Assembly (NCBI GenBank): GCA_016208765.1 | Contig: JACQXK010000032.1 | Span: 118,385 to 182,384 of the forward strand | Source: Candidatus Omnitrophota bacterium | GTDB lineage: Bacteria; Omnitrophota; Gorgyraeia; Gygaellales; Profunditerraquicolaceae | Length of the DNA stretch: 64,000 nucleotides | Direction: 5' to 3' | Shown: positions 36,877 through 47,690 of the stretch, piece by piece | How positions within the stretch are numbered: position 1 is the first letter of the stretch | Layout of the letters: each line of letters starts with the position of its first letter | Made by a program: the position numbers and the translations under genes | The notes under the pieces: generated by a model | What the model saw: the letters and a program-made list of their open reading frames with translations, nothing else | Told to the model about the DNA's origin: nothing | The model's database searches: none

Positions 36877-37980
36877 TCAAGAAGTTGCCTTCTTGTAAAA
36901 CTCCTCATAATCAGTAATCATCCGATTAAAAGAAAATTTGCTTTCTATGGTTTGCCTTGCTGTTTTACCCATCTGTTTTCTTATATTTGAATCATTTAAA
37001 AGCTCAATCACGTTTGAAGAAAAATATTTAACAGAAAAACTGTTTACTACAATCCCGTCTTTCCCACTACTAATTACCTCAGAAATTCCTCCGGCATCAA
37101 CAGCAACTACAGGTAACGCACAAGCCATCGCCTCTAAAATAGCGTTTGGTAGACCCTCGGTTTTTGAAGTAAATAAGAAAACGTCTATTAAATTGAGAAC
37201 ATGCTCAACATCGTTTCTTTCACCAGTAAAAATAACATTTTTATTTAATCCCAAGTTGTCAACTTGTTGCTCAAGTTCTCTTCTAAGATAGCCATCTCCT
37301 ACTAAGAGGCATTTAATATCAGGAAAGTGTTTTTTTACTTCTTTAATGACCTCAACCAGAAACTCATGGTTCTTTTCTATTGAAAAATTTGCTACATTTC
37401 CAATAACTAAATCAGTTTCTTTCAATCCAAAGGCACATAAACCTTTTTTTTCCTTCGCTCGCTGAGAATATTTCTCAAGGTCTATACCGTTATAAATCCT
37501 AAGAATCTTTGACTTTGACAAAATTTCTGTTCTCAAAACATAGGTGCTCACAGCTTCTGAACAAGTCACTACCTTATCAACAAACATATTTCCAAAATTC
37601 TCCAGAAGATGATGATGCAGTTTTTTCCAAGTGGCCAATTCTCTGCGAGAGGAAACAGTTAGACAAACACCAGCTATCTTTGCAGGTAGCAAAGCTAAAT
37701 AATGAAAGCCGAATAAATAAGCATGAACAACATCATATTTGTTATTCTTGATTAACACGTAGAGAGAATGCAATATGCTTAAATCATAAATGCTAGTTTT
37801 ATTAAGACAGATTATTTTAAAACCAAACTGTTTACACACGCTGTCGCATATTCCTATTTCAAATAAACAGCAAATGGTAACATCAAATCCCCTCTCACTA
37901 AGGCCCTTGCTTAACAATAAAAGATGCGTCTCAGTACCGGCATTTGCTAATCTTGGAATAACAAAAAGTATTTTCTTCAT
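36877..37980 (-). CDS. GT4-family glycosyltransferase
   Basis: TEGLPNAILEAMACALPVVAVDAGGISEVI EX7E region. 367 aa. Confidence 0.8.
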   Translation of the reverse strand: MKKILFVIPRLANAGTETHLLLLSKGLSERGFDVTICCLFEIGICDSVCKQFGFKIICLNKTSIYDLSILHSLYVLIKNNKYDVVHAYLFGFHYLALLPAKIAGVCLTVSSRRELATWKKLHHHLLENFGNMFVDKVVTCSEAVSTYVLRTEILSKSKILRIYNGIDLEKYSQRAKEKKGLCAFGLKETDLVIGNVANFSIEKNHEFLVEVIKEVKKHFPDIKCLLVGDGYLRRELEQQVDNLGLNKNVIFTGERNDVEHVLNLIDVFLFTSKTEGLPNAILEAMACALPVVAVDAGGISEVISSGKDGIVVNSFSVKYFSSNVIELLNDSNIRKQMGKTARQTIESKFSFNRMITDYEEFYKKATS

Positions 37981-39111
37981 CTAAAACCCGAGCCTTGTTA
38001 TACGGCTTAATAACTTATCCCAAATAATTTTCCTGCCTTTGCCGGGGAGGCTCTTTATCCAGTATCCTTCAACCCTGCTAAGGCCATAAAGATCACATCC
38101 TCTTTTAGGAATATTCCAACCATTCATAAACCTGAACACTGTTTTAAAACCTAATTCTTTAAGCCACAATAAGCTTAAATCTCCGCTAATGTTCCAAGGA
38201 TAAGCAAAATGTTCGCAGGCTTTATCCAACTTCTGCTCAATCAGCAATTTAGAGTTTAAGAGCGAGTCTCTGATATTAATCTCACTTTCCAGATCACTCT
38301 CAAAATAAGTTTTTAATTCATTTGCTTTAGAATAGTCTTTTACAAAATTAATTAGTTTATTTTTCCAGTTCTTTATAGAGAAGAATGCAATGCCCTGATT
38401 TTCTTTAACAAAATCAATACACGCCTGCCTTAATCCTGCGTCATCATAAAAACGCTTTGCAATCATCCTTGAGCTGAATGGATAGACAGGAGCCCCCCAA
38501 ATGGAATCCTCCGAACCAAGATCCATTGCACTAAATAACCATGGATAGACAGAATTTCCATCTTTTCCAGGACGCTGAAAGTCAATAATCTTGTTTTTTG
38601 TAAAACATAATTGGTGAAATAAACTATGCGATTCAATGTCTATTATTCCCGATTTCTGCATCTTTCTTGCTTCTTCCCAATTAATAAACATCTCTTTTTC
38701 TTCAATGATATCAAGCTCAGAATGAGAAATCTTAGATTGCCAAACATCCTCAAGATTATATCTTGCCTGCCCGCTTTCCATGATCTTTTCAGGATTAACA
38801 TAAAAAACCGCTTTCATGCTGAATTTCTTAAGAATAGGATACACCACCGACCAATTATTCCTTAGCCCATCATCAAAGGTAATGATAATCTTCTTATCCT
38901 TATCATGCTTCTTACCGCTTAGGTATTCATAATATTCTTTAATGCCTAGAGTACGGTAGCCATTCCTCTTTAAATAATCAAGCAACTCGGAAAAATCTTC
39001 TGGCTCCACCTTATGCATAATAAAAGAAGGTATGGCCCCTGGTCTTAATCCGGCCCCGGAAAGGGCGAAATATGGAATCTCCATAACTAAAGAAACATGG
39101 ATTTTCTTCAT
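37981..39111 (-). CDS. polysaccharide deacetylase (NodB homology) family protein
   Basis: KIIITFDDGLRNNW NodB motif 1 and downstream His motifs. 376 aa. Confidence 0.7.
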   Translation of the reverse strand: MKKIHVSLVMEIPYFALSGAGLRPGAIPSFIMHKVEPEDFSELLDYLKRNGYRTLGIKEYYEYLSGKKHDKDKKIIITFDDGLRNNWSVVYPILKKFSMKAVFYVNPEKIMESGQARYNLEDVWQSKISHSELDIIEEKEMFINWEEARKMQKSGIIDIESHSLFHQLCFTKNKIIDFQRPGKDGNSVYPWLFSAMDLGSEDSIWGAPVYPFSSRMIAKRFYDDAGLRQACIDFVKENQGIAFFSIKNWKNKLINFVKDYSKANELKTYFESDLESEINIRDSLLNSKLLIEQKLDKACEHFAYPWNISGDLSLLWLKELGFKTVFRFMNGWNIPKRGCDLYGLSRVEGYWIKSLPGKGRKIIWDKLLSRITRLGF

Positions 39112-40208
39112 TTATTTTCCTTAAGAATACCTCCGTTTATAACTTGTTTCCAAAGAAGAGCGTTCTTTATTAGAGAAAAACTATTTTCAACAGTATCTCT
39201 TCCGCTTAAACCGACTGTCTTGCGCAAACTTTCACTCAATATCAATTTTTCTAGTTTATTTTCCCAATCCTGACTAGTGTTCGCAATAAACCCGTTTTCA
39301 CTATCTTTAATAAAAGAAGTAACCACGCCTACGGGAGAAGAAACTACCGGAATGCCGCTTGCCATGTAAAGCAACGCCTTAAAAGCACATTTACGCCTAT
39401 TCCAAAGAGTATCATATACAGGCATAATCCCAATATCGGCATCAAAGAATACTTTCTTTTCTGTTTTTGTATCCCATTTAATAAAATTAAAATCAATCTC
39501 TGGAAGGAACTTTCTTACCATTGAACTGTCACCATCGCTAAGTATTACGATTTTAAAGGAACGCCTTTCTCTCAATTTAAGCAATGCGGGATAACAAATC
39601 TTAAGCAACTCATGCCCACTCTGGTTGCCTGACCAAAGAATATTGATTACATCTTTTTTACGATATTTATCTGCGTTAACCGACCAATATTCAGTGTCAA
39701 CCGGAGTAGGAATAATAAAAATGTTCCGATTAAATTCAGAGATATCGTCACTTAACCTCTGGTTTCCTACAATCACAGCCTTTGCTAAACTTACAATCTT
39801 GTATATTTGCTTCCTGTCCTGGAAAATTACCCACGGGAATAACTTTACTTCTGTAACCGGGCTTATCGTTACTGCATCATCAAAATCTACAATCAAATTC
39901 TTACTAAAAAGAGAAAGCAAACAGTGCAAGCCGCGGTAATTAATTGTTGCAATGCTTTTCTGTAAAAAAACTACATCATACTTGAAAGAAAAAACAATAT
40001 CTTTTAACCTTGTAAAAAATTCAAACAAGTGAAAAACAGCCTTCTCTATAAATGATTTTTTCCCGTAAAATCTCCTAAATACCCATTCCGGGACAACTGG
40101 CCTTATAGCATATTTGGTATCAGGGCCAAGATAAGGTAGAAATTGCAAGATACGAAACCTCGTACTTGGCTGTAAACCCGGGTATAATGTAAGAAACAAT
40201 ATTTTCAT
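39108..40208 (-). CDS. putative GT-B glycosyltransferase (GT4-like, divergent)
   Basis: 366 aa. The C-terminal ...YMASGIPVVSSPVG...ENGFIA resembles a degenerate GT4 C-terminal motif. Confidence 0.5.
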   Translation of the reverse strand: MKILFLTLYPGLQPSTRFRILQFLPYLGPDTKYAIRPVVPEWVFRRFYGKKSFIEKAVFHLFEFFTRLKDIVFSFKYDVVFLQKSIATINYRGLHCLLSLFSKNLIVDFDDAVTISPVTEVKLFPWVIFQDRKQIYKIVSLAKAVIVGNQRLSDDISEFNRNIFIIPTPVDTEYWSVNADKYRKKDVINILWSGNQSGHELLKICYPALLKLRERRSFKIVILSDGDSSMVRKFLPEIDFNFIKWDTKTEKKVFFDADIGIMPVYDTLWNRRKCAFKALLYMASGIPVVSSPVGVVTSFIKDSENGFIANTSQDWENKLEKLILSESLRKTVGLSGRDTVENSFSLIKNALLWKQVINGGILKENK

Positions 40209-41233
40209 GGACGCCTGAGAATGATTTTCTTTCTATTAATATAAAAACTGCAAAACTTCCTCCAGAAAAAATACAACATTGGATTACCAGCTATTTCATA
40301 TTCGCCCGCAAGCTCAAACCGCTCCCCTCCTAAGCCCTGTTTATAAAATTGTATCCCTGGAAGCTCATTTTTATCCGGCGGGACACCACCCAAATCGTAT
40401 ACAAGAAAATCATTTTCTTTCAGCCAATTAATTATTTTCCAGTGAATCAACTGACTAGCCCCTATATCATTATTTAATTTTAAGCTTGCCGCCCACATCT
40501 GCTCTGCTTTCTTGGCGTAAAAGAAAATAAACTCGCATGCCACAGTCCGTCCCTCAAAATCAGCAGTAAAAATCTTGACCTGCTTCTTAGGGCCGAATTC
40601 CTCAACTATTTTCTTAAAGAAGCTAAAAACATGGGTGCTGGTTTTGCCTTCTTCTGATAAAGTTTGATAAACTTTGTAAAACTTATTTAAATCATCAAGC
40701 GTTTCACCTGCGTTAACCACAACTCCAACTCTCTCTGCTTTCCTTATTGCCGTCCTAACATTGCCGCGAAAATTACCCCATATCTTTGATAGCTCCATAC
40801 TGAGGTTAATCCTATAAGTACAAACATGCATATCTCTCATTTTTGATTTTATAAAATTGTTTTTTCTAAACAACTCTTCGCAACTGCTTGATTTTGTAAT
40901 CAATGGATTAATCTTGCAGAAAATTCCCCTCTCTTTAATCATCAATGTCTTAATAGCTTGAACAATAGAAGATAAGCTATCTGAATCACAAAATATTGGC
41001 CCGCGAGGAATATAGAAAATAGAGAAATGGAATTTCTTGCGTTGCAATATCTGTGCAAAGCCGCAAATTTTTCCTTTATTTTCAAACAAAAATCTTAAGG
41101 GCTGCCAACCCAACTCCCGAGACACTTCTCCCCAGGCATAAGTTTGAAAAAGATGTCCACTTGGAGAGCTTAATACAAATTGATCAATGGCCTCTATCTC
41201 TCCCTCTTCTTTGTTTATTTGCTTTAAATTCAT
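40205..41233 (-). CDS. FemAB-family / GNAT-fold (acyl- or aminoacyl-)transferase
   Basis: 342 aa. Overall layout and an N-terminal ...FQTYAWGEV... block resemble FemAB-like (PF13480-type) proteins often found in O-antigen loci. Confidence 0.4.
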   Translation of the reverse strand: MNLKQINKEEGEIEAIDQFVLSSPSGHLFQTYAWGEVSRELGWQPLRFLFENKGKICGFAQILQRKKFHFSIFYIPRGPIFCDSDSLSSIVQAIKTLMIKERGIFCKINPLITKSSSCEELFRKNNFIKSKMRDMHVCTYRINLSMELSKIWGNFRGNVRTAIRKAERVGVVVNAGETLDDLNKFYKVYQTLSEEGKTSTHVFSFFKKIVEEFGPKKQVKIFTADFEGRTVACEFIFFYAKKAEQMWAASLKLNNDIGASQLIHWKIINWLKENDFLVYDLGGVPPDKNELPGIQFYKQGLGGERFELAGEYEIAGNPMLYFFWRKFCSFYINRKKIILRRP

Positions 41234-41265
41234 TTTTAAGATAGCCGTTTTTAATTACAGCTATT

Positions 41266-41964
41266 TTATTTCCGGCCCAGATAAAATATACCAAAAGGCA
41301 TAAGCTCGGCCTGTTTATATTTGGTTAGAAAATAATCAAGTAATTTAATGGGCAAAACAAACCACCCAAAGACATAGTAATATAAGATATGAAACAACTT
41401 ATCGCTATTAAAAGAAAATAGCAATGCTAAATAAGCCCTTAAAATATGGGCAAATGCGGCGCTTGGCCCGGAAATAATACCCGACTTTATCTTTCTAAAT
41501 CCGGCATCGCCGAATGATTTCTCAAGCCCCAACTGGGTAAATCTTTGGAAATCATACGGAGCTGCATGCACAATCTGAAAAAAAGGAGTCTCAACAAAAA
41601 CATACCCTTTGTCCTTTAAGATCCTGTAAATTTCTCTGGCACAAACCCTGGGATTATTTAAATGCTCAACAACCCCTCCCAGCCAAACAAATCCAATTGA
41701 TTTGTCCAAAAAAGGAAGATAGTGCGCATCAGCAGCAACATCAATACCCGGTGCCGGGCCAAAATCCAATTTAATGGCATTCTTTGTAATCGGCCTCTCT
41801 CCACAACCAATATCTAAAACAGGAGAATTATTCTCAAAAAGAGGCAAAACATCCTTTCTTGCCTCTTTTACATCCTTATTTAACATAACGCAGCTGTGCG
41901 CAAGAGCCCCGCGATTTAAACATTTCTTTATCATTTTCAACATACTATTTCTCCAAACAACCAA
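41266..41964 (-). CDS. class I SAM-dependent methyltransferase
   Basis: Motif I VLDIGCGERP and a post-I acidic motif. 232 aa. Confidence 0.65.
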   Translation of the reverse strand: MVVWRNSMLKMIKKCLNRGALAHSCVMLNKDVKEARKDVLPLFENNSPVLDIGCGERPITKNAIKLDFGPAPGIDVAADAHYLPFLDKSIGFVWLGGVVEHLNNPRVCAREIYRILKDKGYVFVETPFFQIVHAAPYDFQRFTQLGLEKSFGDAGFRKIKSGIISGPSAAFAHILRAYLALLFSFNSDKLFHILYYYVFGWFVLPIKLLDYFLTKYKQAELMPFGIFYLGRK

Positions 41965-41968
41965 GGTT

Positions 41969-43486
41969 TTATCTAATTACCCTGAGTTTTCTAACACTCC
42001 TGGTTAACGGTAAAATAAAATAATTCAAGAATACATTTAGTGGCTTCTTAACTAAAACAGGAGAATTATTATAAATAGCATTATATAAAGGATAAAAGAA
42101 AAACTTCTTATTAAAGATATGACGGCCTACCAAAGTAAAACCGATGAAGATCCTTCTTAAGACATATTTTAAAGAAACATTTTCTTCCATGAATTTATCA
42201 TGATAATCAAGAATAGTATTCCCGTCCAGTCCGAACGGGACAAACATTGGATTTTCCGTACTTCTATAATCCTCCCATTTAGTTGATAAAATAACTCCGG
42301 TATCCTTGGCAATATCATTAAATAGTTTCGTGCCGACATACGGGGTCATACATTGGAAAACATACCTAAATGGCTTTAGTTGCCTGATAAGGTTTATAGA
42401 ATCATTTATAGTTTCCTTTGTTTCATAAGGATGCCCTATAATCATAAGCGCTAAAGTAGCGATCCCTGATTCATGCGTTAATAAAAATGCTCTTTTTATC
42501 ATCTCTATTGTAATTCTTTTCTTAGCCCGATCTAATATTTGCTGGTTTCCTGACTCAACCCCATAACAAATTTTAACGCAACCAGCCTGCTTCATCAAAA
42601 CAAGCATTTCCTTATTAACCTGGTCAACTCGTGCCAAACATCTCCACTTAATATCAATTTTCTTGGTAATTAAGCTCTGACAAAATTGATACAAAAATTC
42701 TTTTTTTAAGGTTAACCCGTCATCCAGAAAAATAAAATAGCGAATATTATAAGCCTTTATTAATAACTCAACTTCATTAATTACGCTCTCAACTGACCTG
42801 AATCTTATCTGTCTTTTCCAGTAATCAGGAGAACTGCAAAATATACATTCATATGGGCATCCACGCGAAGCCATTACTTCAATCATGGGATTTCCAAAAA
42901 TTGTCTCACCAGAAAAATACTCCTTCATGGGCAATAGGTTTCTGGAAGGTAAAGGCAATTCATTTAAATCCTCTATAAATTCTCTGTCTTGCGTTACAAA
43001 AATATTCTTATTATATAAGAATGCCAACCCCTTAATCTGTTGAAAATCACTGCGATCATTCTCAAGAGCCCTGACCAACTCCAAAAAGGTCAACTCTCCT
43101 TCTCCCCGAATGATAAAATCAATAAGGCCCGGTTCTTTAATCAATAGCTCCTTATAACAATATGTTGCATGGATCCCCCCAAACATAATAATTAAACCAG
43201 GATTGCTTTCTCTTAACTTCTTTGCTAAATTAAAACCATTTGTTATCTGATGCGTCATTCCGGTTATGCCAACAATGTTAAATTTTCCCTCTTTAACATA
43301 ATCGCCAATCCGATTATCGGCAACATTAGAAGCAGGCATATCAAGGATGTCTATATCATAACCATTCTCCTGCATATAAGCCGCCAAATAAGCAAGACCA
43401 AAAGGAGGATGCTTGTCATTCTTAGTATCAATACCGTCTCCCGGATAAGTCCTGGGATTAATTAATAATATTCTTGGTTTCTTCAT
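41969..43486 (-). CDS. B12-binding-domain radical SAM enzyme (class B radical SAM, candidate C-methyltransferase)
   Basis: N-terminal Rossmann-like B12-binding region (MKKPRILLINP...) and a central CPYECIFCSS (CxxxCxxC) radical SAM motif. 505 aa. Confidence 0.75.
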   Translation of the reverse strand: MKKPRILLINPRTYPGDGIDTKNDKHPPFGLAYLAAYMQENGYDIDILDMPASNVADNRIGDYVKEGKFNIVGITGMTHQITNGFNLAKKLRESNPGLIIMFGGIHATYCYKELLIKEPGLIDFIIRGEGELTFLELVRALENDRSDFQQIKGLAFLYNKNIFVTQDREFIEDLNELPLPSRNLLPMKEYFSGETIFGNPMIEVMASRGCPYECIFCSSPDYWKRQIRFRSVESVINEVELLIKAYNIRYFIFLDDGLTLKKEFLYQFCQSLITKKIDIKWRCLARVDQVNKEMLVLMKQAGCVKICYGVESGNQQILDRAKKRITIEMIKRAFLLTHESGIATLALMIIGHPYETKETINDSINLIRQLKPFRYVFQCMTPYVGTKLFNDIAKDTGVILSTKWEDYRSTENPMFVPFGLDGNTILDYHDKFMEENVSLKYVLRRIFIGFTLVGRHIFNKKFFFYPLYNAIYNNSPVLVKKPLNVFLNYFILPLTRSVRKLRVIR

Positions 43487-43498
43487 TTTTTATAAAAA

Positions 43499-44641
43499 TC
43501 AGGCAGCTACTTTCTTGTAAATATTAACAATTTCACCTGCTGTTTTATTCCAAGAAAACAATTTGGCCCTTTCTATTCCTTTTCTTGATAATTCAATCTT
43601 AAGCTGAGAAGAATCCATTATTTCTCCTATCTGATACGCCAAAGCATTTACATCGTCAGGATCAAACAACACTGCAGCGTCACCAACAACTTCCGGAAGA
43701 GAACACCTGTTTGAACATAAAACAGGGCACCCGCAAGCCATCGCCTCTAAAGGAGGGAATCCAAATCCTTCAAATATAGAAGGAAAAACAAACAAAGAAG
43801 CCAGATTATAAAGCGAAACTAACTGAGGATCATTAATGTTGTTCAAGAAAACAACCGAATCCTTAAGCAACAGGCTCCCTGCCAATTGTTCCAGTGGCAA
43901 ATACATTTTATTATCATATTTCTGAGGGCGTCTGCCAACTATCACTAATTTCAAGTCACTATAATGCGAATCAGCCGAAAGAATGCCGAATGCTTTAATC
44001 AAAGTTGTTAGATTCTTTCTAAAATCAAGCCCTCCGGCATATAAAATAAACCTTCCTGAAAGATTAAACTGATTCAATAAAGACCGTGCTTCTTCCTCAT
44101 TTAACGGCAACTTTCTAAACGCCTGCCCAAGCCCATTATAAACCCTAAAAACCTTTCCGGGGTTAACTCCGAGGACATCTACAATATCCCTCTTTGAAAA
44201 ATCAGAAACTGTTAGAATACAATCCGCGTTTTTTTTAATGCACCTTAACTCTTTAAGATACTGTTTAAAATGGTCAACATCTTTAAAAAACCTTTCAGGG
44301 AAATGATACGGGGCTAAATCGTGCATAGTAACAACTGTTTTACAGTATTTAGAACTCCAGATATCAGAATTAGGAAAATGAAACAAATCCAAATCCTTAT
44401 AAAAATGCTTCCCAATACAACCTAAGCCCGGACGCCTGATAAACCGGAATCTTTTAGCCAAAGGCTCAATAGAAAAATTGGGTCTAAGCCCAAAATCCTT
44501 CACCAACAAAGTATTATCAGAAAAAAGGACAAACTCATCCTCTTTGTCTATCTGGCTAAACGCCTTAATTAAACTACAAGTATATCTATCAATGCCTCGA
44601 CCTTGCGAATTTATTCTTGTTGCCTCAATGCCAATTCTCAA
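43499..44641 (-). CDS. GT4-family glycosyltransferase
   Basis: [41 protein letters not shown]7E region. 380 aa. Confidence 0.8.
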   Translation of the reverse strand: MRIGIEATRINSQGRGIDRYTCSLIKAFSQIDKEDEFVLFSDNTLLVKDFGLRPNFSIEPLAKRFRFIRRPGLGCIGKHFYKDLDLFHFPNSDIWSSKYCKTVVTMHDLAPYHFPERFFKDVDHFKQYLKELRCIKKNADCILTVSDFSKRDIVDVLGVNPGKVFRVYNGLGQAFRKLPLNEEEARSLLNQFNLSGRFILYAGGLDFRKNLTTLIKAFGILSADSHYSDLKLVIVGRRPQKYDNKMYLPLEQLAGSLLLKDSVVFLNNINDPQLVSLYNLASLFVFPSIFEGFGFPPLEAMACGCPVLCSNRCSLPEVVGDAAVLFDPDDVNALAYQIGEIMDSSQLKIELSRKGIERAKLFSWNKTAGEIVNIYKKVAA

Positions 44642-44656
44642 TCAGCTACCTCTCTA

Positions 44657-45613
44657 TTAACTACTGAACGTCCTTTGATTATAAAATCTGCCTACAAAAA
44701 AATCACACACACCTGCTAATGAAGCAAAAAAAAGTTTATGTTTTTTTTCTATAAGAAAACCTAAAATGTTGGTTCTTATAAATTCCCACGAAAAATTGAC
44801 AAAAAATGCGGCAAACGTGGTTTTTGAGAAATTCTTCCACATAAAAAGTAGGCGGTTTCTTGTACGGTAATAATAAAAACTGGAAGACTCTCTTCCTAAA
44901 GACGAAGAAACCTTGTGCCAGACTTTTGCATTGCATGCAAATGCTATCTTGAGCCCGTATTTTCTTAAACGTAAACACCAGTCAGGATCCTCATAATAAA
45001 TAAAAAATCTTTCATCCAACATACCAATGAGCTCAATGACCTTTCTTTTTATAAAAGTAAAACCTCCGGGAAGGCTGTCAAACACCCTGCCATCTCTGTC
45101 ATACTGGCCCACATCAAGCTCGCCCTGCCCTGAATTATAGAAGCATCCGCTTCTTAAATCTAATTTGGCTCCTCCGGCAATCCAGAATTTATTTGGCTCA
45201 TTAAAATAATATACTTTCATGCCTACCAATCCTATATCTTCTTTACTTTCAGCTACTTTTACAAGCTCTGTTAGAATATCCACATCAACAACAGCATCGT
45301 TATCCAAAAAGAAAAGGTAATCCGCGTCACTATTATTCATAAAATATCCTATTCCCAGATTCCTGCCTCCGGCACACCCTAAATTCTTCTTTTCCTCAAT
45401 GATCTTTAAAGGATGTTTTTCCATATCCCATTTCACAGGAAAATTTCCGATAGATTCATTATTAACAAGGATGATTTCAAAATCTTCGTATTTAACATTC
45501 TTTAGCGAATTTAAACATTCCAATGTCAATTCATCCTGTCTGTGATTTAAGATTAATATGGCTATTTTTTTCATGTTCAAGAAATGCGCAAGATCGCCTA
45601 AACTACTTCCCAC
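44657..45613 (-). CDS. GT2-family glycosyltransferase
   Basis: N-terminal ILILNHRQ...FEIILVNNES, a DxD (FLDNDAVV) and GCAGGRNLG. 318 aa. Confidence 0.8.
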   Translation of the reverse strand: MGSSLGDLAHFLNMKKIAILILNHRQDELTLECLNSLKNVKYEDFEIILVNNESIGNFPVKWDMEKHPLKIIEEKKNLGCAGGRNLGIGYFMNNSDADYLFFLDNDAVVDVDILTELVKVAESKEDIGLVGMKVYYFNEPNKFWIAGGAKLDLRSGCFYNSGQGELDVGQYDRDGRVFDSLPGGFTFIKRKVIELIGMLDERFFIYYEDPDWCLRLRKYGLKIAFACNAKVWHKVSSSLGRESSSFYYYRTRNRLLFMWKNFSKTTFAAFFVNFSWEFIRTNILGFLIEKKHKLFFASLAGVCDFFVGRFYNQRTFSS

Positions 45614-46854
45614 TTGTAAGGAAAAGAGGCCACGCCCGGACGCCCATCAAATTGCCTGCCGCTTAAGAAGCTATTTCCAATCTCAAAAGAAAGAATGTGC
45701 TCTGACCAATCATAAATTACCTTCAAAGGGCCAAAGATACCGACAGAAACAGTATACCTGCCGGGCATAAGAAAATTAGGGTCAATAATTAATGCGCACT
45801 TGATATTGCTTCCCTGATTCCCCTTGATTTTCTCTGCATTATCGTAATAAAACGATGTCAAAACCGTATCACCAAAACTGTTGTAAATAAAAACCCAGGG
45901 GATAATGGTTAAATCCGATTGGAAAGATTCTATTTCAATTACTATTTTAAAAGGTTCCCATATATCAAATTGCCTGGAAGATTTTTTATCTAAGGCTTCT
46001 ATTGCCGCAGAAATAACTGAAGCGGATTCTGTTTTAACGCGCTTCTTCTCAGCAGGGATCAAGCCGGAATTATTAACGTTTTCATCACTTAAAATATTCT
46101 TCATGTATCTGCCAATTATCTCTCCGGAGCTTCCTATGGCCTCTACCCTGCCATTATCAAGGAATATTGCTTTCTCACACAAATACCTGACCAAGCCCAT
46201 ATTGTGGCTGACAAAAATTACTGTGCGGCCGAGCCTTGCCACATCTTCCATTTTCCCTAAACATTTTTTCTGAAAGGCTAAATCACCAACAGCCAGAACT
46301 TCATCAACCAGTAAAATCTCAGTCTCTAAATAAGCTGCTACTGCAAAGGTAAGGCGGACATACATACCGCTGGAATAACGCTTAACCGGCGTGTCAATAA
46401 ACTTAGTAATCTCTGTAAAAGCGATTATTTCATCAAGCTTACGGTCAATTTCCCGTTTAGACATTCCTAATACAGCTCCGTTCATATAAATATTCTCTCT
46501 TCCGGTAAGCTCAGGATGAAAACCGGTGCCCACCTCAAGAAGGCTGCCTATCCTGCCGCAAATCTCAACCCTGCCCTTTGTCGGCTCGGTAATTCGGGAA
46601 AGTATCTTTAGAAGAGTTGACTTTCCAGCACCATTTCTCCCGATTATTCCTACAACTTCAGACCTTTTCAATTCAAAACTGACATCTTTTAACGCCCAGA
46701 CAAAATCATCATTATCATGAATTTTCTTTTCTTTCTTTCTTAACAAACCATGAAAAGAATCAGTCAATAAATCGCGGAGAGTATCGTGGTGTATCGTCTC
46801 GCCTATTTTGTAAGATTTGGATATTTTCTCAACTTTGATTATTGCTTCGCTCAT
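45598..46854 (-). CDS. polysaccharide/O-antigen ABC exporter ATP-binding protein (Wzt/TagH-like) with C-terminal extension
   Basis: Walker A GRNGAGKST, signature YSSGMYVRLTFA, Walker B LLVDEVLAVGD, followed by a roughly 170-aa C-terminal domain (a possible carbohydrate-binding domain as in Wzt). 418 aa. Confidence 0.85.
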   Translation of the reverse strand: MSEAIIKVEKISKSYKIGETIHHDTLRDLLTDSFHGLLRKKEKKIHDNDDFVWALKDVSFELKRSEVVGIIGRNGAGKSTLLKILSRITEPTKGRVEICGRIGSLLEVGTGFHPELTGRENIYMNGAVLGMSKREIDRKLDEIIAFTEITKFIDTPVKRYSSGMYVRLTFAVAAYLETEILLVDEVLAVGDLAFQKKCLGKMEDVARLGRTVIFVSHNMGLVRYLCEKAIFLDNGRVEAIGSSGEIIGRYMKNILSDENVNNSGLIPAEKKRVKTESASVISAAIEALDKKSSRQFDIWEPFKIVIEIESFQSDLTIIPWVFIYNSFGDTVLTSFYYDNAEKIKGNQGSNIKCALIIDPNFLMPGRYTVSVGIFGPLKVIYDWSEHILSFEIGNSFLSGRQFDGRPGVASFPYKWEVV

Positions 46855-47684
46855 ATAATATCCGCAAACGTCCTTTCCAAGCGCTTAAAATAAAACAGGC
46901 CTGAAACAAAAATAATAACAGAAATTAAAACTTGCAAGAATAGCCAATTCCAACTAAAAGGAATGCCCAAAAAAACCCAGCGTAATCCATCGATTGCCCC
47001 TGCTACCGGATTTAAATAATAAAGCCAGAGATACTTTTGCGGGATGGCGGCTTTAAGATACGCAACCGGAGTAAGAAAGAATATTGTTTGGATAAAATAA
47101 GGCAAAATCTTGCCCACATCACGAAATTTAACACTGATAGCGGCTGCCCATAGCCCAACACCACTTGATATCAAAGTAATTAGAATTATAAAAACCGGCA
47201 AGAAAATAATAGATAAAGATAGCTGCACTCTAAAATAAAATATCATTAAAATAAGCAATACCGAAGCAATCACAAAATCTAACAACGCCCTTAAGACTAC
47301 TGACAATGGAATAATCAAACGCGGAAAATAAATTTTTGAAATCAAGTTTGTATTTGTCAGCATCGCATTTCCTGCCCCATTTACAATCTCAGAAAAATAA
47401 TTCCAGGCGATTGTGCCGCTTAAAGTTATTAGCACATACGGAACCCCGGCTGAAGGGAATTTTGCAATAACCCCAAAAACAAACGCCCAAACAAACATCT
47501 GCATAAGAGGATTAACTAGCGCCCAGGAAACTCCTAAAAATGTCTGCTTATAGCGGACCTTAATATCTCTTAAGGCAAGAAAATAGAACAACTCTCTATA
47601 CTGCCATAATTCTTGCAATTTGAGACACGCCCAGCCTTTCGTAGGCTCAATTATTATCTTATTTACAATAGTAGCTCTTTTCAT
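46851..47684 (-). CDS. ABC-2 type polysaccharide exporter permease (Wzm-like)
   Basis: 277 aa with 6 TM segments and the ABC-2 family layout. Overlaps the ATPase gene by 4 nt. Confidence 0.8.
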   Translation of the reverse strand: MKRATIVNKIIIEPTKGWACLKLQELWQYRELFYFLALRDIKVRYKQTFLGVSWALVNPLMQMFVWAFVFGVIAKFPSAGVPYVLITLSGTIAWNYFSEIVNGAGNAMLTNTNLISKIYFPRLIIPLSVVLRALLDFVIASVLLILMIFYFRVQLSLSIIFLPVFIILITLISSGVGLWAAAISVKFRDVGKILPYFIQTIFFLTPVAYLKAAIPQKYLWLYYLNPVAGAIDGLRWVFLGIPFSWNWLFLQVLISVIIFVSGLFYFKRLERTFADII

Positions 47685-47690
47685 AATTGT

